A stretch of 39,203 bases of DNA from a virus (taxonomy: Duplodnaviria > Caudoviricetes), in the IMG/VR virus record IMGVR_UViG_3300031949_000097, positions 1 to 39,203 of that record, one strand, 5' to 3'. The number at the start of each line of letters is the position of its first letter. Position 1 is the stretch's first letter. Shown in pieces: positions 8,635 through 17,758 of this stretch. A model generated the notes under the pieces. It was not told the origin of the DNA. It ran no database searches and saw only the letters and a program-made list of their open reading frames with translations. Position numbers and translations under genes: made by a program.

Positions 8635-8975
8635 GTCGCCAGGTCCCCACGGCTCACCGCCGGGGTGGTTGGCGTCACGCCTGGAGGCGTGGCTGGCTCC
8701 GTCCACCCATACTCGCATCTGCCGCACGCGCGATGAAGCGCTTTCCCCTGGTGCCGGTTGCAGCCGCTGCAATAAGCGATCGAGATCAAGGTCGGCAGCG
8801 GGGGCGGGAAACGGCTCCCGCCGAAACCGTAGTAACAGGCTGGCCACTCAAACACCGTGCCGCACATCGGACAGGTCAGCTCTTGACATTCCTCGATGCG
8901 CCTCCTGAGCAAGCCCCGCTGGTGTGTGTGGATCGTCCGCACGGGACCATCGCCGATCCAGACCGAGATCGACAC
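8631..8975 (-). CDS. Zinc-ribbon hypothetical protein
   Basis: CPMC, CSGC and CGRC; GGAGG SD before GTG 8975. Confidence 0.65.
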   Translation of the reverse strand: MSISVWIGDGPVRTIHTHQRGLLRRRIEECQELTCPMCGTVFEWPACYYGFGGSRFPPPLPTLISIAYCSGCNRHQGKALHRACGRCEYGWTEPATPPGVTPTTPAVSRGDLAT

Positions 8976-9381
8976 TATTCCTCCGGCTCCGGGACCGCCC
9001 ACCAGCAGGCGCAGCCGTCGCGGGTGCCGCGGCGCATGATCAGATGGGGCTTGCCCGGCACCTGCAGGGGCCCGGGTGGGTTGGTCAGGTCGCTCAGCCG
9101 GCGGCCGATGACCTGGCGGATCCCCTCGATGCCGATGCGCGCGAGCACCAGGGGAAGCGTCGGGGCCGCGATCGCCGCCAGCTCGGGGCATGTGAGGCCC
9201 GGATGGTCCCGCACCAGCTGCAGCGCCATCCGCTGATGCTCCCCTAGCTTCACGCTCCCGACGATCGCTTCCGCCGCCCGGCGCGAGGTCGGAGGGTCGG
9301 TCCGCCCTACCAGGTGACGGACGGGCGGCTCGAACAGCGGGCCGGCGCCGCGGACCTCGGCGGGATCGGAAGACTGGCGGC

Positions 9382-9385
<4 letters not shown>
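8975..9385 (-). CDS. Winged-helix DNA-binding protein (RxTDPxTSxxAA type)
   Basis: GRTDPPTSRRAA...HPGLTCPELA...GRRLSDL...W motif set. Confidence 0.7.
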
Positions 9386-11744
<2,359 letters not shown>

Positions 11745-11758
<14 letters not shown>

Positions 11759-12074
11759 TGTGGATTTCCTGCGGGCTGTATTCGCGCTGCCGCACGACCC
11801 TGTATGACCCAGGGGCGATCGTCACCGGGGCGTGTTCCTCGTGCTGCAACGTCGCGCCCGCGGTTCCCACCTTGAGGAAACGCACATCGCCCCGCTCGAG
11901 GAGCATGACGTCCTCGTCGAGCACGGCATGGGCGTGCCCGGTCGCCTCGCCATAGGCCAGCACGATGCGGCCGCGCTCCCGCGGGACCTGCGTGGCCCCC
12001 TTGGAAATCGCTCTGGCACGAACCAACATCACGTCACCCTGGCGGAACTGCTTCGGGCTCTTGCTCTTGGTCAT
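11745..12074 (-). CDS. Conserved His-rich partner of DUF6745-like proteins
   Basis: FRQGDV, LAYGEATGHAH, LQHEEH and YRVVRQREY motifs; GGAGG SD; overlaps the DUF6745-like start. Confidence 0.85.
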
Positions 12075-12325
12075 GTGACCTCCATGGTTGACGTAGCGGG
12101 GACATCCGGGGTGCGCCTCGTCAGTTCCTCGATGTACAGCCGGCAGGAGCCGCAGACGATGCCTTCGATCAGATATTCGACGGTGCGCAGCTGCCCGAGC
12201 AGCAGCGACCGCGAGACCAGCGATGCACCCTTCCGCTGGACGTGCCCGATGATGAGGTCCGCGATCTCCCCCATCTCCGCGGCGCGCACGGCGTGGTCGT
12301 GCCAGCACGGCCCGGAGTGCGTCAT
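12071..12325 (-). CDS. Hypothetical HxxxC...CxxC protein, paralog of 5926..6171
   Basis: ATGA overlaps on both sides; paralogy visible by eye. Confidence 0.8.
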   Translation of the reverse strand: MTHSGPCWHDHAVRAAEMGEIADLIIGHVQRKGASLVSRSLLLGQLRTVEYLIEGIVCGSCRLYIEELTRRTPDVPATSTMEVT

Positions 12326-12486
12326 CCGAGCAGCCCCACGAGGCCGATCCCGAGGGCGAAGCCCGCCAGGAAAACGAAGATGCCGGCGCCTGCAAGGAGC
12401 GTCCAGAAGACCGCGCTCGTCCGGCGCGGCGAGATCAACGCCGGCGGCCGGTAGAAGGCGCGATTCAGCTTCAGGACCTCCGGCAT
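12322..12486 (-). CDS. Small membrane protein (54 aa, not in the ORF track)
   Basis: Manual translation MPEVLKLNRAFYRPPALISPRRTSAVFWTLLAGAGIFVFLAGFALGIGLVGLLG; GAGG SD; ATGA overlap with the next gene. Confidence 0.7.
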   Translation of the reverse strand: MPEVLKLNRAFYRPPALISPRRTSAVFWTLLAGAGIFVFLAGFALGIGLVGLLG

Positions 12487-12489
12487 GCC

Positions 12490-12702
12490 CTATTCCTCAT
12501 TGAAGTCAATGAACGGCTCCACCACTTCCGATGCCTGGACGGTGTCGAGCACGAGGCCCTGGTCGTGCGCCCAGCCGGCCGCCCGGTTCACGGCGAATCC
12601 GATGCTCGTGTCGCGGACATACACGAGGGCCCACGACTGCTCGCTGGCTCCAGCTCCGAACGGGATCGCCTTGGTCGACACGCGGCAGCGGAAGAGTTTC
12701 AC
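12490..12702 (-). CDS. Hypothetical protein, first clear gene of the early operon
   Basis: 70 aa with globular composition; GAGGTG SD 5 nt before GTG. Confidence 0.7.
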   Translation of the reverse strand: MKLFRCRVSTKAIPFGAGASEQSWALVYVRDTSIGFAVNRAAGWAHDQGLVLDTVQASEVVEPFIDFNEE

Positions 12703-13724
12703 GCCGGCACCTCACGGAGCCCTGGATCGATCAGCATGGGCGTGACGGCCCCGGGGCGGTCCGTAGCCCCCGGAGCCGCCTGTCCACTACGAAGCCGGGA
12801 GCGCGGCCGCCTTGGCCCGGCCGCGCCTCGAGGGAACCCCCGGCGGGCCCCAGACGAGAGCAGGTCCGCGTCCTCCCCCGAGGGCGTGCGGAAGGCGCTG
12901 GATCGCAAAGGCGCCCGACCGGGCCGCAACCCCCGGTCCCTGCCCGCCGGCACGACGCCGGCATGGACGAGTGCGAAGCCGCGCCGATGCTGCACGGGAT
13001 CCGGCGCGCGGTCGCCTGCCGTCTCAGGCTGCAGAAGGCCGCGGCCCGGGTAGGGCATCGTAGGGGCCCCGGGCCTGGTGTCCCATCGCCGCCCCTGCAG
13101 CTCCGGCGATGCGGGCTCTTGACCTTCGGACGGTCTAGCCAGCTGAGGAACTCCGGCTGACGTGGTGCGCCGGCCTATTGCCCGCTCTTGGGTTGGGTAT
13201 GGATGAGGCCGAGACGGGCGGCGCCGCGGCGCCGCCCCTGACCCGGGCACTACGGTCGGTTGGATGTGACGGGTATGATGAAGCCGTGACCGCCCGTCGC
13301 AGCTTTGGCTCCCCGTCTGGATGCTCGCGCTTCGAGTGGACCTGGCCGGGGCGCTGCTATCGATCCGGGCGGCGTTGTCCCGTGGGGGGAACCCCGGGAC
13401 GTCCTGCTCATTCGACTTGGAAGGAGGGACGCTCATGGGGGCGGAGCCGTCCCATGGCTTGAGGATCGCAGGCTGGGGGAAACCGGGGGATACGTCGGAC
13501 ACACAATCCGATGCGTCCCCTAATCCACAGGGGTGCGTCGGACTTTTTGGGCGAGGGGTCAGGGCCGGAGCGGGTCCCGTGCTAGACTTCCGCCCCTCTG
13601 GGGCGTGCGCCCATAGCTCAGCTGGATAGAGCGTCGGACTACGGAAACTGCTGGCCTCCAGCGCCGCGAACAATCCGCTCTCCGCGCCTCTTTTTCTCAC
13701 CATGAGGGGCTGAACGCCGGTCAC
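12699..13724 (-). CDS. Possible attP-spanning 341-codon ORF (low-complexity product)
   Basis: GTG overlaps the integrase TGA and has a GAGGTG SD; its TGA overlaps the GTG of 12490..12702; the product is P/R/G/A/S-rich with no recognisable domain. Confidence 0.35.
   Translation of the reverse strand: MTGVQPLMVRKRGAESGLFAALEASSFRSPTLYPAELWAHAPEGRKSSTGPAPALTPRPKSPTHPCGLGDASDCVSDVSPGFPQPAILKPWDGSAPMSVPPSKSNEQDVPGFPPRDNAARIDSSAPARSTRSASIQTGSQSCDGRSRLHHTRHIQPTVVPGSGAAPRRRPSRPHPYPTQERAIGRRTTSAGVPQLARPSEGQEPASPELQGRRWDTRPGAPTMPYPGRGLLQPETAGDRAPDPVQHRRGFALVHAGVVPAGRDRGLRPGRAPLRSSAFRTPSGEDADLLSSGARRGFPRGAAGPRRPRSRLRSGQAAPGATDRPGAVTPMLIDPGLREVPA
12744..13450 (-). ncRNA. Candidate large structured RNA / leader (chain of hairpins)
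   Basis: Back-to-back inverted repeats, e.g. 12801-12826, 12917-12938, 13043-13075, 13084-13111, 13216-13237 (perfect 22-bp palindrome), 13268-13298, 13377-13400; strand inferred from operon direction. Confidence 0.45.
13486..13544. promoter_or_regulatory. Cluster of att-core-like motifs (pseudo-att palindrome plus half site)
   Basis: GGGGATACGTCGGA-cacacaa-TCCGATGCGTCCCC (13486-13520, 7-bp spacer) and GGTGCGTCGGACT (13532-13544), the latter exactly inverted at 13739-13751. Confidence 0.6.
13580..13588 (+). promoter_or_regulatory. Extended -10 promoter for the tRNA half
   Basis: TG-C-TAGACT followed by a GC-rich discriminator, 18 nt upstream of the tRNA 5' end. Confidence 0.6.
13607..13645 (+). 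tRNA. 5' half of tRNA-Arg(ACG), putative attP identity block
   Basis: GCGCCCA-TA-GCTC-AGCTGGATA-GAGC-G-TCGGA-CTACGGA gives acceptor strand, D arm, 5' anticodon stem and loop; the expected TCCGA and T arm are absent; 75 bp from the integrase stop. Confidence 0.88.
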
Positions 13725-14800
13725 TTCTCCACCTCATCAGTCCGACGCACCTTGGGCGGCCCGAAGAAGACGGCCCCCTGCTGGATGAACTCCTCCGACA
13801 GGTGGGCGTAGCGCTGCGTCAGGCTGATGCTCGAGTGGCCCATGTACCGCTGCAGCCGGTAGACGTCGAGCCCGTTCATGATCGCCCAGCTGGCGAAGGT
13901 GTGGCGCAGGTCGTGGAAGTGGACGTCTGTCAGCCCCGCCTTCTTCCGGGCGTGCTCGAAGGCGGTCCGGACGCTCTTCATGCCGCGGCCGTTGTACTCG
14001 AAGACCAGGTCGCCCGGTGGGCCCGGGCGCAGCGACCGCAGGGTCGCGTCCAGGTCGACGTCGATCGGCACGATGCGCTCCCGCCGGCTCTTGGTGTTCT
14101 CGCGGCGGAAGACGAGCACGTGCCGCTCGAGGTCGACGTCGGACCAGCGCAGCGTCAGGAGCTCCGACAGCCGGCCGCCGCAGTGCAGCGCCGCCACGAT
14201 GATCTTCTTCAGGTGCACCGCGGCCGCCAGGATGAGCTTCTTCGCCTCCTCGTCCGACAGGTAGCGGGTGCGACCGGACGATTCCCGGAACTTCAGGACC
14301 TGCTTGACCGGGTTGGGACCGCGGTGATAGCCGCGGGAGATCGCCCAGGTGAAGAACCGCGAGAGCGTGGCGCGCTGCCGGTTGATCGTCGGGCGGCTCA
14401 CACCCTCCGCGATGCGCGCGGCGATCATCGACTCGATTTCCTTGGTGCCGATCTCGGTGATGCGCAGCTCGCCGAGGTGGCGCCCGAGGATGCGCAGGTT
14501 CGACGGCGTGGTCCTCTTGTCGTCGCTGTAGAGCGATCGATACGCCAGGAACTCCTCCGTGACGTCACGGAAGCGCTTTCCGAAGAGGGCCACGCTGAGC
14601 TCGTCTGGGAACATGCGCGGCTCGAGCTGGGGGTCCCGGGCCGGGGATGTCGAGCGTATACGTCGAGAATCCTCGCTGCGCAAGGAGAATCTGGAAACCC
14701 CTCGGCGCCGGCTGTCGGGACGAGGCGGGCCCTGCTGGAGTCCGGCATCGAACAACCGGCGGCGCCGAGGAGTCACATTGGAAAATTGAACGGTGTGCAT
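13721..14800 (-). CDS. int: Tyrosine integrase
   Basis: Catalytic set GGRLSE (R), NTKS (K), HDLRHT (HxxR), MGHS (H), QRYAH (Y); ATG 14800 has a GGAGG SD (alternative ATG 14614). Confidence 0.95.
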   Translation of the reverse strand: MHTVQFSNVTPRRRRLFDAGLQQGPPRPDSRRRGVSRFSLRSEDSRRIRSTSPARDPQLEPRMFPDELSVALFGKRFRDVTEEFLAYRSLYSDDKRTTPSNLRILGRHLGELRITEIGTKEIESMIAARIAEGVSRPTINRQRATLSRFFTWAISRGYHRGPNPVKQVLKFRESSGRTRYLSDEEAKKLILAAAVHLKKIIVAALHCGGRLSELLTLRWSDVDLERHVLVFRRENTKSRRERIVPIDVDLDATLRSLRPGPPGDLVFEYNGRGMKSVRTAFEHARKKAGLTDVHFHDLRHTFASWAIMNGLDVYRLQRYMGHSSISLTQRYAHLSEEFIQQGAVFFGPPKVRRTDEVEK

Positions 14801-14825
14801 CCCACCCTCCAGCAGAGACGCGTGG

Positions 14826-14854
14826 AGTGTGGGGCGTCGGAGTGAGAATGTCAA
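14826..14854 (-). promoter_or_regulatory. Sigma70-type promoter for int
   Basis: TTGACA-N17-CACACT, 25 nt upstream of ATG 14800; the spacer contains the GCGTCGGA motif. Confidence 0.6.
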
Positions 14855-15027
14855 GCACGGAGACAGAGGTTTGGGCTGATTTTACAACCGTGTCAGCGCG
14901 GACACGGGCTGGCGGTTGCCCGGACCCGCGGCCGCCGGCGGCGCCGCATCGCCGGGGCATGGATGACCACGGATCCGGGCCCCCGGGGAGGTGGCCGGGG
15001 CCGCCGGCGCGGGGCGCGCCGACCAGG

Positions 15028-15681
15028 TCAGAAACGCCAGCCGATTGCCGCGCTGGCGCCGTTCGTGTCGATGTCCCGTTTCCCGAAAGCCCGCTCCCTG
15101 GTCGCGTAGACCTTCAGGAAGGCACCCTCCCCTCCCGTGATGATCCCGCCCCGCAGGCTCAGGCTGTGGTCCTGGGCGACGTCGCCGGTCCAGTAGAGGT
15201 ATTGACCCCCGAAGAACGGCCGGAGCTTCGCCTTACCGATGCGCAGCTCGAGGGCGGCGCCAAAGCCCGTCCCGGTCGTCGACTTGCCGTGCTCCGGGTC
15301 GGAGTAGCGGAACTCGACCGCCGGGCCAGCTACCGCGGGGCCCAGCTTGGCGAGGCCCTCGGCCGAGAGCGCGGCCGTGGCGCCGACGCCCTCCGTGTCG
15401 GAGTAGGACCCGCCGGCGCTCAGCTCGATGGGATAGTCTCCGGCCAAGGCTGGAAACGAGACCAAGCACAGGAGCACTGCGGCGATCGCCCAGACGGGCC
15501 GAAATATTTGACCGACGGCCCACCCGACCCAGTAGAACGCCCATCGCATCGGCGCGCGGCGCGCCCTGTAGAGGTTGCCGAGGCCGCACATCGTCCTCTT
15601 CGCGCCGTGCTCGACGCCGCTCGCCATCGCCTGCGGCATCCACTCCCAGGGAACCCTCGTTCCGTTGTCCGTGAAAGTCAT
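15028..15681 (-). CDS. Outer-membrane beta-barrel protein (small, Lom/Ail-like size) with long N-terminal extension
   Basis: Signal-like WAIAAVLLCLVSFPALA-G, alternating amphipathic strands, C-terminal IGWRF beta-signal; AAGGAGG SD. Confidence 0.75.
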   Translation of the reverse strand: MTFTDNGTRVPWEWMPQAMASGVEHGAKRTMCGLGNLYRARRAPMRWAFYWVGWAVGQIFRPVWAIAAVLLCLVSFPALAGDYPIELSAGGSYSDTEGVGATAALSAEGLAKLGPAVAGPAVEFRYSDPEHGKSTTGTGFGAALELRIGKAKLRPFFGGQYLYWTGDVAQDHSLSLRGGIITGGEGAFLKVYATRERAFGKRDIDTNGASAAIGWRF

Positions 15682-15790
15682 GGATCTTCCTCCTTCCGCA
15701 GTTGAACCGGCTTCGTCTTGACCGACTCCACCGACATCTCCAACCTCAGCACCGGACCGTCCATGTACCTGTCCTCCGATCGAATCGGGT

Positions 15791-16138
15791 TCACTTCGCG
15801 GGGATGTATTTGACCTTCCTGAGCCAGACCCCGACCGCGGCCAGGTAGCCGCCCAGCGCGAGGGCGTAGGGCTGGGCCCAGGACAGCCAGCCGCAGGCGC
15901 GGCTGGCTGACGCGATGCACAGCGCCAGGAGGTCCGGATTGGTGACCAGCGCCACGAGGGCGCCGAGGCCGATGAGGACGGCGCCGATCAGGCGCCGGTA
16001 GTTCGCCAGCGCATTGAACGAAAGGACCCGCTTCAGCAGTCCGGCAACCACTTTCTCCTTCATCTTCAGCTCCTTCCGGCGCGCGACCCGCCGCGCCCAA
16101 GCCTTCGCGAATAAACCCCAGAGCACCGGGATAGGCAT
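15791..16138 (-). CDS. Membrane protein, holin-like
   Basis: Two hydrophobic segments (LIGAVLIGLGALVALV; YALALGGYLAAVGVWL) with a basic C-terminus, in the lysis region. Confidence 0.6.
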   Translation of the reverse strand: MPIPVLWGLFAKAWARRVARRKELKMKEKVVAGLLKRVLSFNALANYRRLIGAVLIGLGALVALVTNPDLLALCIASASRACGWLSWAQPYALALGGYLAAVGVWLRKVKYIPAK

Positions 16139-16827
16139 CAGGCCGCCCGGCTCCTTCGATGAGTCCTGGCCATCGCGGCCCAGCGCATCTCCTCCAGGCC
16201 CCCCACCTCGATCAGCCGCACGGCCTCCTTGCAGATCCCGAGGCGTCTGCCGATCGCCTCCAGCGTCATCCGCCTCCGGCCACGGACGCCGTATCGCCCC
16301 GTGATGACGTACCGGGTCCGCGAGTCCAGAGTCAGCAGCAGCTCCCTCACCTGCTCCGCGGCGTCACGCCCCTCGAGCGCGGCCAACGGCGAAGCGAAGA
16401 CCTGCTGCTCCAGCCGCTCCTCCAGCGGCACGAGAGTCCCGGCGGCGCCGCGGTCCTCGAGTGGAAGAGCCTGTGGCCGACACCCCGCGCCGACTTTCCT
16501 CTGCGGGATGTGGACCGGCGCCATGAGCTCGCCCACGAACACCTGGATCGACCGCCTCACCCAGGCGATGGCATAGGACATGAACAGGACCCCGCGGCCG
16601 GGATCGAATCGCTTCATGGCCTCGAATAGGCCGAGGACGCCATGGGCGACCAGGTCCTCCATGTCCAGGCCGCTCCACCGGTAGCGCGCCGCCGCCTGGA
16701 TCACCAGGGGGACGTTGCAGAGAATGAGCCGATGCAGGGCGTCGGTCTCGCCCGCCTGCGCGCGCGCCACGAGCTCGAGCTGCTCGCGCGGGCTGACTCG
16801 CGGCATCTTCCCCGGGTAGCGCCTCAT
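16138..16827 (-). CDS. Sigma-70 family RNA polymerase sigma factor (RpoD/RpoS/RpoH-like, shortened region 3)
   Basis: AQAGETDALHRLILCNVPLV...RY..SGLDMEDLVAHGVLGLFEAMKRFDPGRG..FMSYA..WVR (region 2); TLEAIGRRLGICKEAVRLIE (region 4). Confidence 0.92.
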   Translation of the reverse strand: MRRYPGKMPRVSPREQLELVARAQAGETDALHRLILCNVPLVIQAAARYRWSGLDMEDLVAHGVLGLFEAMKRFDPGRGVLFMSYAIAWVRRSIQVFVGELMAPVHIPQRKVGAGCRPQALPLEDRGAAGTLVPLEERLEQQVFASPLAALEGRDAAEQVRELLLTLDSRTRYVITGRYGVRGRRRMTLEAIGRRLGICKEAVRLIEVGGLEEMRWAAMARTHRRSRAA

Positions 16828-16828
16828 G

Positions 16829-17227
16829 TCACCGCCCGTCCACCGGCATGCCGGCCCTGTTCCTGCCGGTCAGCTCGACGATGCGCGTCCACGCCCCGGT
16901 GACATGCTTCTGCGTCTCGATCTGTGCCTCGGCCAGGCGGTCCGTCGCCTTCACGAGGCTCGCCAAGCTGTCAGCCACGCTGCCCACCTTGCCGGTCAGG
17001 ATCGTCAGGTCGATCTCCAGCTGCCGCAGCTTCGGCGAGTCGACGCCCTGCGTCACGGCGAGAGCGTCGACCTTCTGGGCGAGCAGCAAGACTGCGCTCT
17101 TCTCCTCGGCGATGTGCTTCCCCTGCCGCAACCTGGTCTCTCCCCACTGGCGGACGGCACCCAGGAGCTGGTTGGTCAACGCGGCCCCTGCGATGAGGGC
17201 GGCCCAGTGGGCCGGGGTCATCTCCAT
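16829..17227 (-). CDS. Membrane-anchored coiled-coil protein (holin or spanin-like candidate)
   Basis: Hydrophobic N-terminus plus heptad-like region, directly downstream of the endolysin. Confidence 0.6.
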   Translation of the reverse strand: MEMTPAHWAALIAGAALTNQLLGAVRQWGETRLRQGKHIAEEKSAVLLLAQKVDALAVTQGVDSPKLRQLEIDLTILTGKVGSVADSLASLVKATDRLAEAQIETQKHVTGAWTRIVELTGRNRAGMPVDGR

Positions 17228-17252
17228 CGCGCATCCGCCATCAGGACGTGCC

Positions 17253-17672
17253 TCATGCGGCGCCCACCTTGTGTGCGTCCAGCCAGGACGTGTACTGCTG
17301 CAACGTGAACCCCGGATGCCACTCGATGTGATCCCAGTCCGGGTGCGTCCAGGTCCCGCCCCAGATGCAGCCGTGCCGGATCGCCGCCAGACCGAAGAGT
17401 CGATAGCGCGGGTCCGCGCCGTCCTTGACGTAGGCTCCCTCCCTCGTGATGACCGAGCCGTCCACGGCGAGCCCGAACTGATGCCAGCCGATCGCCACCC
17501 GGGACAATCCGGCCGCGACCGCCGCCGCCTGCGCCGTCATCAGGCGGAACGTGTCGGCCGCCCGAATCGTGCTGCCGGGGTAGTGCTCATCGAACTCCGC
17601 CTGCGTCTCCTGAAGGATCGCCTTCGCGATCGGCTGGAACAGGGGATGCAGGTCCTCCAGGCGGTTGCTCAT
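17253..17672 (-). CDS. Endolysin, M15-family (L-Ala-D-Glu peptidase-like)
   Basis: RLEDLHP, TFR...Q, WHQFGLAVD, WGGTW..PDWDHIE zinc-peptidase motifs; ATG 17672. Confidence 0.88.
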   Translation of the reverse strand: MSNRLEDLHPLFQPIAKAILQETQAEFDEHYPGSTIRAADTFRLMTAQAAAVAAGLSRVAIGWHQFGLAVDGSVITREGAYVKDGADPRYRLFGLAAIRHGCIWGGTWTHPDWDHIEWHPGFTLQQYTSWLDAHKVGAA

Positions 17673-17758
17673 CCAGGCATCGCCACGGCCAGGCCTGCCG
17701 CCATCATGTCGCCGTCGACGACCCGGAGGATGTCGGCGCGGTACGGGTTGAGGCGCAT
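17669..17758 (-). pseudogene. 29-codon remnant resembling a thermonuclease (SNase) N-terminus
   Basis: Manual translation MRLNPYRADILRVVDGDMMAAGLAVAMPG; YxAxxxRVVDGD is the SNase first motif; overlaps both neighbours. Confidence 0.5.

Noticed and set aside
13435-13629. Plus-strand ORF after a strong GGAAGGAGG, as a possible repressor
   Set aside because: The 64-aa product is G/P/S-rich with no HTH and overlaps the motif cluster, promoter and tRNA half; not supported, though not excluded.
13607-13685. Complete tRNA-Arg gene
   Set aside because: No 3' anticodon stem, T arm (GTTCRA) or acceptor 3' strand after 13645.
14910-15027. Intrinsic terminator ending the late operon
   Set aside because: GC-rich stems are present but there is no U-tract on the minus strand.
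15678-15764. 28-aa ORF MDGPVLRLEMSVESVKTKPVQLRKEEDP
   Set aside because: Has a GGAGG SD and an ATGA overlap but is too short to support a call.
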